Shown here piece by piece: positions 48,601-59,035 of a DNA stretch of 64,000 nt (position 1 is the stretch's first letter; each line of letters starts with the position of its first letter). Under the pieces are notes generated by a model. It worked only from the letters and a program-made list of their open reading frames with translations. It was not told the origin of the DNA and ran no database searches. The DNA is taken from contig OY970195.1 of assembly GCA_963708185.1 (NCBI GenBank), positions 1-64,000 of the forward strand, in the 5' to 3' direction. The position numbers and the translations under genes are program-made. Origin of the DNA: Candidatus Peregrinibacteria bacterium (GTDB lineage Bacteria; Patescibacteriota; Gracilibacteria; UBA1369).

Positions 48601-49086
48601 TTATGCCTTGATGGTTTTGACGCCCTTTTTGGCGGCCGGTTTTTTGGCGGGAGCCGCTTTTTTTACCGGAGCTTTTTTCTTCGGTTCTTCCTGCTTTGCT
48701 TCCGCAGGAGCCGCTTCAGCGGTTTTTGCGGTGCTCTTCTTCTTTGATTCCGGTGCTTCTTCGTTCACGCCGAGGATGACCGTGGCGTGAGCCATTCTTT
48801 TTAAAATCGGGTGGACGCGTCCGCGTGAGATGGGAACGCTGCGTTTGAGGGTTTGCCCTTCCGTCACGATGATCTCTTTGATATAAAGGCTGGACGCTTC
48901 CTGTTTAAAATTGTTTTCAGCATTGGACATGGCGCTGTGAACGATTTTTCTTAAGATCTTTGCGCCTTTTTTTGGTGTGAACTTGAGAATGTCCAAAGCC
49001 GTCTGCACATCCTTCTTGCGAACAAGACCCGCAATAAGGTTGAGTTTTTTGGAAGTGATTCGTAATGATCGTCCGATTGCTTTCAT
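48601..49086 (-). CDS. rplV: 50S ribosomal protein L22 (Lys/Ala/Pro tail)
   Basis: SAMSNAENN and RGRVHPILKR; operon position. Confidence 0.97.
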   Translation of the reverse strand: MKAIGRSLRITSKKLNLIAGLVRKKDVQTALDILKFTPKKGAKILRKIVHSAMSNAENNFKQEASSLYIKEIIVTEGQTLKRSVPISRGRVHPILKRMAHATVILGVNEEAPESKKKSTAKTAEAAPAEAKQEEPKKKAPVKKAAPAKKPAAKKGVKTIKA

Positions 49087-49116
49087 GATGGGGTGTATAA
49101 AACGTTAGAAGTTGAT

Positions 49117-49437
49117 TTATTTCGCTGCTGGAGCCGCTGCCGGCGCAGGTGTTGCCGTGCCGCTTTCGGCCTTGGCCAGTTTACCGCCGTGGCCCTTGAA
49201 CTTGCGAGTGTGAGCAAATTCGCCGAGTTTGTGTCCGACCATGTTTTCAGTGATGAACACGGGAATATGCTGCTTTCCGTTGTGGACGGCGATGGTATGT
49301 CCAACGAATTCAGGAGCAATGGCCGAACCACGGGCCCAGGTCTTGATGATCTTTTTCTGGTTGCCGCCATTCTGCATCTCAATTTTTTTGAGCAGCTTGG
49401 GGTCGACGTGAGGTCCTTTTTTAGTACTTCGTGACAT
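49117..49437 (-). CDS. rpsS: 30S ribosomal protein S19
   Basis: [13 protein letters not shown] and MVGHKLGEF. Confidence 0.98.
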   Translation of the reverse strand: MSRSTKKGPHVDPKLLKKIEMQNGGNQKKIIKTWARGSAIAPEFVGHTIAVHNGKQHIPVFITENMVGHKLGEFAHTRKFKGHGGKLAKAESGTATPAPAAAPAAK

Positions 49438-49462
49438 GGTGAGGAGTGGTTATGTGAGAGAT

Positions 49463-50314
49463 TTAGGATGCTGAACTGAATTTCTTGTCGTTCTTGCGTT
49501 TGATGATGAACTGGTCGCTGTATTTGCGTTTGCGGGTCTTATAACCGAGAGCAGGCATACCCCATGGAGTTTTCGGTCCGGGGAGACCTGTCGGTTGGTT
49601 TCCTTCACCACCACCGTGCGGATGGTCGATCGGGTTCATGGCTTTACCGCGGACTTCCGGCCTCCAGCCCATCCAGCGTTTGCGGCCGGCTTTGCCGAGT
49701 TTGACGTGGAAGTGGTCGGGGTTGCTGACCGCACCGATCGTAGCAAAACAGTTTTTATCGATATTGCGGACTTCGCCCGATGGAAGCTGGATCTGGGCGA
49801 ATGTGCCTTCAATGGCGACGACGCGAGCTTTTGAGCCTGCTGAACGGACGATCTGTCCGCCGCGTCCCTTCGTGAGCTCAACGTTGTGGATTTCGAAACC
49901 CACTGGAATGTATCTCAAAGCCATGCGGTTGCCGACTTTGATTTCGGCTTTGTCCGTGGTGATGATTTTGGTTCCCACTTTGATCTGGTCCGGGGCGAGG
50001 TGATAACGCTTGTCTCCATCGGCATAATTGACGAGCATAATGAAACATGTGCGGTTCGGATCGTATTCGATGGCTGCGACGGTTCCGGGAACGTTCACTT
50101 TTTTGCGCTGACTGAAGTCAACGATGCGATAGAGCTGTTTGTGGCCTCCACCCTGGTGACGGACGGTGATTTTCCCCTGGTGGTTGCGGCCTGCTCTACG
50201 TTTAAAGCTTTTGGTGAGACGTTTTTCAGGACGTGACTTCGTGAGCTCTTCAAAGGTTGAAGTGCTCATGAACCTGCGTGACGGAGTCGTAGCTTTATAT
50301 TTCTTGAATCCCAT
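49463..50314 (-). CDS. rplB: 50S ribosomal protein L2
   Basis: IEYDPNR and AMNPIDHPHGGGEG. Confidence 0.98.
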   Translation of the reverse strand: MGFKKYKATTPSRRFMSTSTFEELTKSRPEKRLTKSFKRRAGRNHQGKITVRHQGGGHKQLYRIVDFSQRKKVNVPGTVAAIEYDPNRTCFIMLVNYADGDKRYHLAPDQIKVGTKIITTDKAEIKVGNRMALRYIPVGFEIHNVELTKGRGGQIVRSAGSKARVVAIEGTFAQIQLPSGEVRNIDKNCFATIGAVSNPDHFHVKLGKAGRKRWMGWRPEVRGKAMNPIDHPHGGGEGNQPTGLPGPKTPWGMPALGYKTRKRKYSDQFIIKRKNDKKFSSAS

Positions 50315-50341
50315 GTGAGTAAAAAAGAGAATGTAGAGTTA

Positions 50342-50644
50342 TTATTTCTTGATTTCCTTGCCGACCTTGGTGACGTCGAGTTTCTTCCCCCCCCTGAGCG
50401 TCACGATGGCTTTTTTCATGGCGGAGCGTTTGTCGACGAGCATGCGGCGGGCGATACGGGTTTTTGCCGGAGTGTTGATAATGCGGACGGTTGCCACATC
50501 GGCGCCGTAAGCGTCCTTGATGGCTCTCTTGATGTCGATCTTCGTGGCGTTGCGGTTCACCCAGAAAGCGTACTTGAATTTTGTGCTGAGGGCTGTCGCT
50601 TTTTCAGTTACGACCGGCATGATGATGGTGTACAGGGTATCCAT
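50342..50644 (-). CDS. rplW: 50S ribosomal protein L23
   Basis: PVVTEK, ATKIDIK and KKAIVTL. Confidence 0.97.
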   Translation of the reverse strand: MDTLYTIIMPVVTEKATALSTKFKYAFWVNRNATKIDIKRAIKDAYGADVATVRIINTPAKTRIARRMLVDKRSAMKKAIVTLRGGKKLDVTKVGKEIKK

Positions 50645-50649
50645 GAGTA

Positions 50650-51279
50650 TTATTTAAAAAGTTCTTCCATTTTCTTGAGTGCTTTTTCGAAAAACAGCAC
50701 CTGATCGTAACGCTGGAGATCCGCAATATTCAGGTAGTTGACCAACATGGTTTTCACGAATGGAAGGTTACTGCTTGATTTCTGAACGGTGGTGTCTTTT
50801 TCCGGAATAAGAATGAGAACGTCTTTTTCAATAGGGAGCTTATGGAGCATAGCCATGAAGTTCTTCGTTTTGACTTCCTTGGCTTCGTATTTGTCGAGGG
50901 CAATAATCTTTCCGTCCTTGAGTTTTTCGGAAAGGGCGGAGAAAATGGCCATACGGCGCTGTTTTCTTGGCATCATCTGGGTGTAGTTGCGGTTGTTCTT
51001 GGGACCGAAAGCCACACCACCACCTTTCCAGTGGGGGTTGCGGGTCGAACCCTGGCGAGCGCGTCCCGTCCCTTTTTGAGGGAAAGGTTTTTTCCCGCCT
51101 CCGCGGACTTCAGCTTTGGTCTTGGTCCAGGTGATTTCACTGACGCGTGCGTTGGCATGCTGGCGGACAAGAGCCTGATGGACGAGGTCTTTGTTGAACT
51201 TGGCACCGAAGATGGTGTCAGAGACTTCAACGTCTCCTTTCTTTTCTCCTTGCTGGTTGTAGAGTGTAATTTTAGCCAT
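50650..51279 (-). CDS. rplD: 50S ribosomal protein L4
   Basis: [20 protein letters not shown]. Confidence 0.98.
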   Translation of the reverse strand: MAKITLYNQQGEKKGDVEVSDTIFGAKFNKDLVHQALVRQHANARVSEITWTKTKAEVRGGGKKPFPQKGTGRARQGSTRNPHWKGGGVAFGPKNNRNYTQMMPRKQRRMAIFSALSEKLKDGKIIALDKYEAKEVKTKNFMAMLHKLPIEKDVLILIPEKDTTVQKSSSNLPFVKTMLVNYLNIADLQRYDQVLFFEKALKKMEELFK

Positions 51280-51284
51280 GATGA

Positions 51285-51866
51285 CTAATTAAGTTTCTTG
51301 AGAGATACAAAACTGTTGTTTCCGCCCGGAACGGCTCCTTTGATGCCGACGAGGTGTTTCTTGGGATCCAGATAGACGACGGAGGTGCGAGTGGTGACGG
51401 TTTCAGCTCCCATGTGACCCGGGAGGCGTTTTCCACGGAGGATTTTACCCGGTTTGGCGCGAGCGCCGACTGAGCCGGGTTCGCGATGGAAGTGGGAACC
51501 GTGAGATGCCGGACCGCCAGCCATGTGGTGACGCTTGATGACACCCTGGAAACCTTTACCTTTCGATGTTCCGGTCACACTGACCAGATCACCTTCCTTG
51601 AAGATTTCCACCGTGACGGCGTCGCCCTGTTTCACTTGTTCATCGCCTTTGATGCGAAACTCTTTCATCATGTAGAACTTGCGGGTCTTGGTAGGTTTCG
51701 GAACTTTAGAAAATCCCAGGACTATCGCCGGATATCCATCTTTTTCAACGGTCTTGATCTGTGCTATTTCGTTCGGTTCGCACTGGATCACCGTCATTGG
51801 GATCACGCGGCCATCGTCTTGAATGACTCTCGTCATGCCTAATTTTTTACCGATCAAACCGGTCAT
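51285..51866 (-). CDS. rplC: 50S ribosomal protein L3
   Basis: GKKLGMT, SKGKGFQG.IKRH and KGAVPG. Confidence 0.98.
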   Translation of the reverse strand: MTGLIGKKLGMTRVIQDDGRVIPMTVIQCEPNEIAQIKTVEKDGYPAIVLGFSKVPKPTKTRKFYMMKEFRIKGDEQVKQGDAVTVEIFKEGDLVSVTGTSKGKGFQGVIKRHHMAGGPASHGSHFHREPGSVGARAKPGKILRGKRLPGHMGAETVTTRTSVVYLDPKKHLVGIKGAVPGGNNSFVSLKKLN

Positions 51867-51879
51867 AAGAGTAGAGGTT

Positions 51880-51985
51880 AAGTCTTGGTCCCGCTGGGCG
51901 GGAAGACGGAGGTGAAGATTCCGCCCTTTCAGGCGAGGGGATTTGATCCCGTGGAACCCGCACTTCGCTTCAACATGCTAGGTTG
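51880..51985 (-). promoter_or_regulatory. putative structured RNA leader between rpsJ and rplC
   Basis: GC-rich hairpins GGGAT/ATCCC, CGCCT-GAAA-GGGCG and GTCTT-CCCGC/GCGGG..AAGAC in a 132-nt spacer. Confidence 0.5.
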
Positions 51986-51998
51986 AGTTGTTTCCTTT

Positions 51999-52325
51999 TT
52001 AAGCCGCCTGGAGCATCTTGATTTCGATGTCGACGCCGGCAGGGAGACTTAGGTTGGTAAGTGAGTCAATGGTTTTTGGGGTGCTTTCGGTGATGTCAAT
52101 CAGTCTCTTGTGTGTTCTCATTTCAAATTGATCGCGAGCATTCTTGTGGACAAAGGTCGAGCGGTTGACCGTATATTTTTCAATCTTTGTCGGGAGAGGA
52201 ATGGGGCCAGCTACAATCGCACCAGTTCTTTCGGCCGTTTCGATGATCAATCGGGCTGAATCGTCTACGACTTTGTGGTCGTAGGCCTGAATCTTGATGC
52301 GGATTTTTTGTTTAGCTGCTGCCAT
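51999..52325 (-). CDS. rpsJ: 30S ribosomal protein S10
   Basis: [17 protein letters not shown] and [13 protein letters not shown]. Confidence 0.98.
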   Translation of the reverse strand: MAAAKQKIRIKIQAYDHKVVDDSARLIIETAERTGAIVAGPIPLPTKIEKYTVNRSTFVHKNARDQFEMRTHKRLIDITESTPKTIDSLTNLSLPAGVDIEIKMLQAA

Positions 52326-52363
52326 TTCGGATCAATAAGTTAAGGATCGGGAGAGAACAGGAA

Positions 52364-53548
52364 TTATTCAAGAACCTTGGTAACAACACCTGAACCGACC
52401 GTGCGTCCACCTTCGCGGATAGCAAAGCGGGTACCTTCATCAAGAGCGATCGGAGCACCGAGCTCGATGTTCATCTTGAGGTTGTCTCCAGGCATAACCA
52501 TTTCAACGTTTGCAGGAAGCTCAATGGAACCGGTGACGTCCGTGGTTCTAATGTAGAACTGAGGCTTGTAACCCTTGAAGAAAGGAGTGTGGCGTCCGCC
52601 TTCTTCTTTCGTAAGGATATAGACTTCGCCTTCGAATTTCGTGTGAGTCTTAATGGAACCCGGCTTGGCAAGCACCTGCCCGCGGACGATGTCTTCACGT
52701 TCAACACCGCGGAGGAGCAGCCCGACGTTATCACCTGCCTGACCCTGATCGAGGAGTTTCTTGAACATTTCAACACCAGTCACGACAACTTTGCGTGTCG
52801 GGAGGATACCGAGAACATCAACTTCATCGTTGATCTTCACGATACCGGTTTCAATACGGCCAGTAGCAACGGTACCGCGGCCTTTAATGGAGAATACATC
52901 TTCGACAGGCATAAGGAACGGCTTGTCGAGATCGCGGACAGGATCCGGGATGTAGCTGTCCAAAGCGTCGAGGAGTTCCTGGATGCATTTGGTAGCTTCA
53001 GGATCCGTAGGATTTTCCATGGCCTTGAGAGCGGAGCCGCGGATGAAAGGGGTCTTGTCAGCATCGTATCCATACTTCTTGAGGAGTTCCTTTACTTCCA
53101 TTTCTGAGAGTTCAGCAATTTCAGGATCAGCCATGTCCATCTTGTTCATGAAAACAATGATGTACGGAACGTTCACCTGTTTTGCAAGGAGGATGTGTTC
53201 ACGGGTCTGAGGCATCGGGCCGTCAGCTGCGGAACAGACGAGGATGGCGCCGTCCATCTGAGCGGCACCTGTAATCATGTTCTTCACGTAGTCGGCATGC
53301 CCCGGACAGTCGACGTGGGCATAGTGGCGTTTGGCGGTTTCATATTCCTGGTGGGAGGTCGCAATGGTAATACCACGCGCCTTTTCTTCAGGAGCGTTAT
53401 CAATTTCATCGTACTTGCGGGCTTTGGCCATACCTTTGTTCGCGCAGTACATGGTGATGGCTGCGGTTAAGGTCGTTTTACCGTGGTCGACGTGACCGAT
53501 CGTACCCACATTGACGTGAACCTTGTTTCGATTAAATACTTCTGCCAT
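52364..53548 (-). CDS. tuf: elongation factor Tu
   Basis: [17 protein letters not shown] and REGGRTVG. Confidence 0.99.
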   Translation of the reverse strand: MAEVFNRNKVHVNVGTIGHVDHGKTTLTAAITMYCANKGMAKARKYDEIDNAPEEKARGITIATSHQEYETAKRHYAHVDCPGHADYVKNMITGAAQMDGAILVCSAADGPMPQTREHILLAKQVNVPYIIVFMNKMDMADPEIAELSEMEVKELLKKYGYDADKTPFIRGSALKAMENPTDPEATKCIQELLDALDSYIPDPVRDLDKPFLMPVEDVFSIKGRGTVATGRIETGIVKINDEVDVLGILPTRKVVVTGVEMFKKLLDQGQAGDNVGLLLRGVEREDIVRGQVLAKPGSIKTHTKFEGEVYILTKEEGGRHTPFFKGYKPQFYIRTTDVTGSIELPANVEMVMPGDNLKMNIELGAPIALDEGTRFAIREGGRTVGSGVVTKVLE

Positions 53549-53604
53549 AAATTGATAACGTTAAGTAACTTATATTGGTGCGTTTTTGGAGCAAACGCGA
53601 AAGG

Positions 53605-53633
53605 ATATTATAGGAAAAAAAAAGCCAATGCAA
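53605..53633 (-). promoter_or_regulatory. promoter of the tuf/S10 supercluster
   Basis: Minus strand TTGCAT followed by TATAAT/TAATAT at 15/17 nt spacing. Confidence 0.5.
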
Positions 53634-53729
53634 GTGAATTTTTCCAGACTCACAGCTGTGAAGATTTTGTTTGCCGGAAAGGATAAGTGTGGTTTATAGT
53701 TTATCACCTTTTAATTGCGCCTTATTTCT

Positions 53730-54650
53730 ATGAAAAAGTCTTTTAAAAGCTTAGACGGAAGTGATCGTTTGAAAGTGGTCGAAGCAGTTGACGTTCCGCG
53801 GCCCGTGGATGGGGAACTGTTTCCCGATGGGTTGTCGAAACCGAGGAAAACTTTTGGTAAAAGGATACGGGAAACGATTGTTCAACAACCCAAGCGTTTT
53901 TTTGTGACGTGTGTTGTCGGCGGCCTGGCGGGAAGTTTGGGCAGTAGCTATGGTATCCGGACCTATGAGAATTATGAGTATAAGAAACACTTCGGTTTAT
54001 TTCCGAGCGATATGCAGCTTTTTTGTAACGAGCTTTTAGGGAAGGAGGGGGTTCCCATCCGTGAAACTTCTTTCTATAGGAAGTCAGATATACCAGGAGT
54101 TGAAAGTGGGCTTGAGAAGAATGTCATACGGGGAGCCCGTTTTACCATTCCGGACGAAAACGGTGATACCATTGAAGTTGAAGCCGAATGTGAACGTGAT
54201 TTGTACGACATATCATTTGTGGACGGTAAACATTTTGTCCCCCGTGGTTATTACGGCTGGTGTTCTTACGGCCATTTTTTCTGTTTTTCGAATGAGGATA
54301 AAGAAGGCTTTGTATCTTTTAAGATCCAGGAAAAGAGCCTCAAAGATCCTGATAAAAAAGCGGTTTTGGAGGAAAAGCCTCCTTCCTCACAAGATACGCT
54401 TTCTGCTGATGAAAACTTGAATGTTGAGGCATTCAAGGGTGGTGTGACGGCCAGTGAGAGGAAGATTTCGAGGGATGGAGAACATGAAAGGGCTAGCGCT
54501 GAAGAACTCCAGGCACTTCAGCAACGATATCATTATCTCGTTCAGCAGGCCACGAAGAAGCTTCATGATAATGGAGTGGAAATTTATGCTCCGGAAACTC
54601 CGCCTTCACCCTGGAGTGAGATTTGGTATCGTGATCCGGCCAAACAGTAG
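53730..54650 (+). CDS. hypothetical protein with one predicted TM segment
   Basis: Long ORF with hydrophobic segment FFVTCVVGGLAGSLGSSYGI; no recognised family. Confidence 0.7.
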   Translation: MKKSFKSLDGSDRLKVVEAVDVPRPVDGELFPDGLSKPRKTFGKRIRETIVQQPKRFFVTCVVGGLAGSLGSSYGIRTYENYEYKKHFGLFPSDMQLFCNELLGKEGVPIRETSFYRKSDIPGVESGLEKNVIRGARFTIPDENGDTIEVEAECERDLYDISFVDGKHFVPRGYYGWCSYGHFFCFSNEDKEGFVSFKIQEKSLKDPDKKAVLEEKPPSSQDTLSADENLNVEAFKGGVTASERKISRDGEHERASAEELQALQQRYHYLVQQATKKLHDNGVEIYAPETPPSPWSEIWYRDPAKQ

Positions 54651-54654
54651 CTTT

Positions 54655-56133
54655 TTAGTTACCGTACCAGTCGAAATGGAAGACACCCTTTTGATCCCTG
54701 CGTTCAAAGGTGTGCGCACCGAAGTAATCCCTCAGCCCCTGAATGAGATTCGCGGGGAGTTCTTTTGAAGTGATGCTGTTGAAGTAGTTGAGGGTCGCGA
54801 ATAATGCCGGTGCGGGAATGTTTTTTTTGAGCAAAACGGTGAGGAGTTTTTTGAGGTCCGCGAGGTTGACGTTGACGATGGTTTTTGTTTCCTCGGATAG
54901 GAGGAGATGTTCGATATCCGGTTCCGTCTTATATATATGAGTAAGTGTTTTGAGAAGTTCCGAGCGGATGATGCAGCCGCCCTGCCAGATGCGGCAGACC
55001 TCGCTGAGGTCGATGTGCCAGTTTTGTTCTTTTGTGGCGGTCGCGTCGGGCCCCACGAGACTTCCCGCTCCCTCGTTTCGCCCGAGCATGGGATGCTCGG
55101 CGGCTTTCGTTATCAATTGCAGACCCTGGGCGTAGCAGAGGGTCATGGCGAGATAGAGCGCGTTTTCGAGTTCTTCCGTGAGGTTCGAAGGAAGAATTTT
55201 GGTGGTCTTGGATTTGGTTTTGTAGATTTTCTGGAGCGATTTACGGAGGTCTTTCTGGGCGGAGACGCTGCGGGCGAAAACCGCCTCGGTTATTGAGGAG
55301 AGGGGAATGCCGCGGAGGGCCGCGTCAACGACCGTCCAGGCTCCCGTGCCTTTTTGTCCGGCCTTGTCGAGTATCTGATCGATGAGGAATCCTTCACCGT
55401 GATCGTTCTTCTGACGGAGGACCGGTTGGACGATTTCAAACAAAAACGATTTCAGCTTTCCGTTGTGAAGTTTTTTAAAAACGTCGGCGATGCGGCCCGC
55501 GTCCAGTTTGTAGCATTTGCGCAGGTAGTCGTAGGCTTCGGCCATGAGCTGCATCACGGCGTACTCGATGCCGTTATGGACCATTTTGACGAAGTGCCCC
55601 GCACCGTCGGTGCCGATGTGGGTGACGCATGGTCCGCCGTCAAAATCGCGGGCCGCTATTTTTTCCAGTAACGGTTTGAGCGCCTTCCAGGAGTGGTCCG
55701 AACCTCCGGGCATCAGGCTGGGGCCGTGCAGTGCGCCTTCTTCTCCGCCGCTCACGCCCATGCCGACAAAGTGGAGCCCTTTTGCTTCAAGGGTTTGTGT
55801 CCTGCGGATGGTGTCGTGATAGTCGGAATTGCCGCCGTCGATAATGATGTCGTCTTTTTCCAGAAGCGGGGTCAGGTGATCGATGACTTCGTCCACTGCC
55901 GGACCGGCCTGTACCATCACCAGCACCCGGCGGGGTTTTTCAAGGGAGCCGATAAAATCCTTCAGTTCTTTGAATCCGTGCAGATAGTCGTCGCCGTGCT
56001 CGTTCACAAGCAGTTGCGTTTTTTCGTAGGTGCGGTTGAAGACGGACGTATGGATGTTGCGGCTGGCGAAATTGCGGGCAAGGTTTGATCCCATGACCGC
56101 GAGGCCGATAACTCCGATGGAAGATTGAGACAT
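54655..56133 (-). CDS. gndA: NADP-dependent 6-phosphogluconate dehydrogenase
   Basis: IGLAVMG, GVSGGEEGA, KMVHNGIEY, QKGTG and RDYFGAHT. Confidence 0.97.
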   Translation of the reverse strand: MSQSSIGVIGLAVMGSNLARNFASRNIHTSVFNRTYEKTQLLVNEHGDDYLHGFKELKDFIGSLEKPRRVLVMVQAGPAVDEVIDHLTPLLEKDDIIIDGGNSDYHDTIRRTQTLEAKGLHFVGMGVSGGEEGALHGPSLMPGGSDHSWKALKPLLEKIAARDFDGGPCVTHIGTDGAGHFVKMVHNGIEYAVMQLMAEAYDYLRKCYKLDAGRIADVFKKLHNGKLKSFLFEIVQPVLRQKNDHGEGFLIDQILDKAGQKGTGAWTVVDAALRGIPLSSITEAVFARSVSAQKDLRKSLQKIYKTKSKTTKILPSNLTEELENALYLAMTLCYAQGLQLITKAAEHPMLGRNEGAGSLVGPDATATKEQNWHIDLSEVCRIWQGGCIIRSELLKTLTHIYKTEPDIEHLLLSEETKTIVNVNLADLKKLLTVLLKKNIPAPALFATLNYFNSITSKELPANLIQGLRDYFGAHTFERRDQKGVFHFDWYGN

Positions 56134-56257
56134 AAAATTCAAGTGCTAGGTCGTCGCTGGTGGTATTGTATCAAATGTTTGAAAAAATGGCAGTGTTGAC
56201 AATTTTGATTTCTTTCTCGAGAATGCTTTACCGATTATTCATTCTCATCAGCTGTGT

Positions 56258-56788
56258 ATGACTGAACCCAAAGTGCCGCAAGTTTATCAGGAAGATTCAG
56301 AAGATACCCTGCATTCCCGGGGGATTTTCGATCAGGGCGAAAAACCGCGCGACGTGGCAATTTCTCCTGCGGTGGTTTTGCCGCAAGATCCTGTTGCCGC
56401 CCGGGAAAGGATTGATGAAATCCGGCAGGATCAAAGGACCGCTTTTGAAGAGACGATCATTGAGACCTCTCCTTTGAGAGCTTCGCTGGCGCTCCAGACG
56501 ATTAAAAGTCAGATTACGACGTCGGGCACTGTTCTTTTGAATGTGGTTCGCGGACACGGCGTGATGATTTTGAGCACTTTTTTGACGTTGGACGATTTGA
56601 AGGAACGTTTGAAAAACGGCCAGGTCGTTTTGAAGCGAGTCTCCCTCGACGCAAAAGTAAGCGATTTGACTCAAAAATGCATCAAGATTACCACGCAGGA
56701 CGGTCATCTCTTCACTGTGTGCAGTCTGCCCAACGATGTTTTGGGGATCGTGGTGGAAGATGATGAGACTCAGCTTTTTCAGGGCTGA
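56258..56788 (+). CDS. hypothetical protein
   Basis: ORF filling the gap, with upstream TTGACA-N17-GAGAAT (56196-56224). Confidence 0.7.
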   Translation: MTEPKVPQVYQEDSEDTLHSRGIFDQGEKPRDVAISPAVVLPQDPVAARERIDEIRQDQRTAFEETIIETSPLRASLALQTIKSQITTSGTVLLNVVRGHGVMILSTFLTLDDLKERLKNGQVVLKRVSLDAKVSDLTQKCIKITTQDGHLFTVCSLPNDVLGIVVEDDETQLFQG

Positions 56789-56804
56789 TCCGGGTTGAGA
56801 TCCA

Positions 56805-58874
56805 TTATTTCGTCTTCTCAGCGATGATCTTTTCGGCGACGTTGTTCGGAGCTTTTTCGTAATGGTCGAACTCCATGGAGTAGGCCGCGCGGCCCTGGGT
56901 CATGGAGCGGAGGTCGGTGGCGTAGCCGAACATTTCTGCCAACGGAACGCGGGCGTGGATAACCTTTGCCAGGCCGCGATCGGTGGTTTCGTAAATCTGG
57001 CCGCGTTTGGACGAAAGGTTTCCCATGACGTCACCGAAGAAGTTTTCCGGAGTGGTGACTTCGACTTTCATGATCGGTTCAAGGATAACCGGTGCAGCCG
57101 CTCTGGCGCCTTTCTGGAAAGCGAGCGATCCTGCGATTTTGAAGGCAAGTTCATTCGAGTCCACGTCGTGGTAGGAACCGTCGTAGAGTTCAACTTTTAC
57201 GTCCACGACCGGGTATCCGGCAAGGATGCCGCGGGTCAAAGCTTCTTTAATACCTTTGTCGACGGCAGGGATGAATTCGCGGGGGATTTTTCCTCCGATG
57301 ATCTTGTTGACGAATTCGTAGCCCTTACCTGGTTCGTTGGGTTCGAGGCGGATTTTTACATGGCCGTACTGACCGCGGCCGCCCGACTGTTTGACGTATT
57401 TTTCTTCGGACTCCACTTTGTTCTGGATGGTTTCACGGTAGGCGACCTGGGGGCGGCCGATGTTCGCTTCAACTTTGAATTCGCGTTTCATGCGGTCGAC
57501 GATGATGTCGAGGTGAAGTTCTCCCATCCCCGCGATGAGGGTCTGTCCGGTTTCTTCGTTGGTTTTGACCTGGAAGGTCGGATCTTCTTCGGCAAGTTTC
57601 TGGAGAGCGATGCCCATTTTTTCCTGGTCGGCCTTGGTTTTTGGTTCGATGGCGATCTGGATGACCGGTTCGGGGAAGGTGATGGATTCAAGGACGATCG
57701 GGTTGTTTTCGTCGCAAAGGGTGTGACCGGTGAAGGTGCCCTTGAGGCCGACGGTCGCGGCGATGTCGCCTGCGTGCACTTCCTTGATTTCCTGACGGTT
57801 GTTGGCGTGCATCTGGATGAGACGGCTGATGCGTTCCTTATTCCCGGTGCTGGTATTCAAAACGTACGAACCCGAAGCGAGTTTTCCTGAATAGACGCGG
57901 AAGTAGGCCAGTTTCCCCACGAACGGGTCGGTCATGATTTTGAAAATGAGCGCCGAGAAAGGGGAATCTTCCTGCATGGTTCGTTCCTCTTCAGCTCCGG
58001 TGTCAGGGTTGATGCCTTTGACCGCACCGACGTCGAGCGGCGAAGGGAGATAGGCGTTCACACCGTCGAGGACGAGCTGGACGCCTTTGTTGGCGAGCGC
58101 CGATCCGCAGAATACGGGATAGAGTTTGTTGCGGACCACGGCGTGGCGCATTCCTTTCATGAGCTCCTCCATGGTGAAGGCTTCGCCGTTGAGATATTTG
58201 TCGATCATTTCGTCGTTTGCCTCGGCGATTTTTTCAACGAGGGTCGCGTGGAATTTGTCGGCCTGTTCCTTGAGTTCTTCAGGAATGGGGATCTCTTTCA
58301 TGATTTCTCCGAACTTTCCTTCAAAGTTGAAAGCCTTCATCTGTATCAGGTCAACGACGCCGCTGAAAGTGTTTTCCTGACCGATGGGAAGCTGGATGGC
58401 TACCGCGCTTTTACTCAAACGTTCCCAGATGGAATCGAGGGACATGAAAAAGTCAGCACCGATTTTATCCATCTTGTTGACGAAAGCCATGCGGGGAACC
58501 GAGTATTTGTCGGCTTGTCTCCATACGGTTTCGGACTGAGGTTCTACGCCCTGGGAGCCGTCGAAAACGACGACGCCTCCGTCGAGTACGCGGAGTGAAC
58601 GTTCCACTTCGGCGGTAAAGTCCACGTGCCCCGGGGTATCAATGATGTTGTAGCGGCATTCCTTCCAGGAGCAGGTCGTGGCGGCGGAGGTAATGGTGAT
58701 ACCGCGTTCGCGTTCCTGTTCCATCCAGTCCATGGTGGCGGCGCCTTCGTGCACTTCACCGATCTTGTAGTTCTTGCCGGTGTAAAAAAGAATACGTTCG
58801 GTGGTGGTGGTTTTACCGGCATCAATGTGCGCGATAATACCGAAGTTACGCAGTTTACTGAGGTCGTCTGACAT
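56805..58874 (-). CDS. fusA: elongation factor G
   Basis: [32 protein letters not shown] and [10 protein letters not shown]. Confidence 0.99.
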   Translation of the reverse strand: MSDDLSKLRNFGIIAHIDAGKTTTTERILFYTGKNYKIGEVHEGAATMDWMEQERERGITITSAATTCSWKECRYNIIDTPGHVDFTAEVERSLRVLDGGVVVFDGSQGVEPQSETVWRQADKYSVPRMAFVNKMDKIGADFFMSLDSIWERLSKSAVAIQLPIGQENTFSGVVDLIQMKAFNFEGKFGEIMKEIPIPEELKEQADKFHATLVEKIAEANDEMIDKYLNGEAFTMEELMKGMRHAVVRNKLYPVFCGSALANKGVQLVLDGVNAYLPSPLDVGAVKGINPDTGAEEERTMQEDSPFSALIFKIMTDPFVGKLAYFRVYSGKLASGSYVLNTSTGNKERISRLIQMHANNRQEIKEVHAGDIAATVGLKGTFTGHTLCDENNPIVLESITFPEPVIQIAIEPKTKADQEKMGIALQKLAEEDPTFQVKTNEETGQTLIAGMGELHLDIIVDRMKREFKVEANIGRPQVAYRETIQNKVESEEKYVKQSGGRGQYGHVKIRLEPNEPGKGYEFVNKIIGGKIPREFIPAVDKGIKEALTRGILAGYPVVDVKVELYDGSYHDVDSNELAFKIAGSLAFQKGARAAAPVILEPIMKVEVTTPENFFGDVMGNLSSKRGQIYETTDRGLAKVIHARVPLAEMFGYATDLRSMTQGRAAYSMEFDHYEKAPNNVAEKIIAEKTK

Positions 58875-59035
58875 GGGCTAAGGAATTAAAAATTAATGTT
58901 GTAAGTATTTTGAGGAAAGCTGTAAGGCAATTTTTAGCCTTCGTATTATAGGTTTTTTGCTCTTGAAGTCAAGAAGAGAGATTTTTCAATTGAGTCCGTC
59001 GTGGTGCGGTTGATTCCAGATTTTCGTCTGGTATT

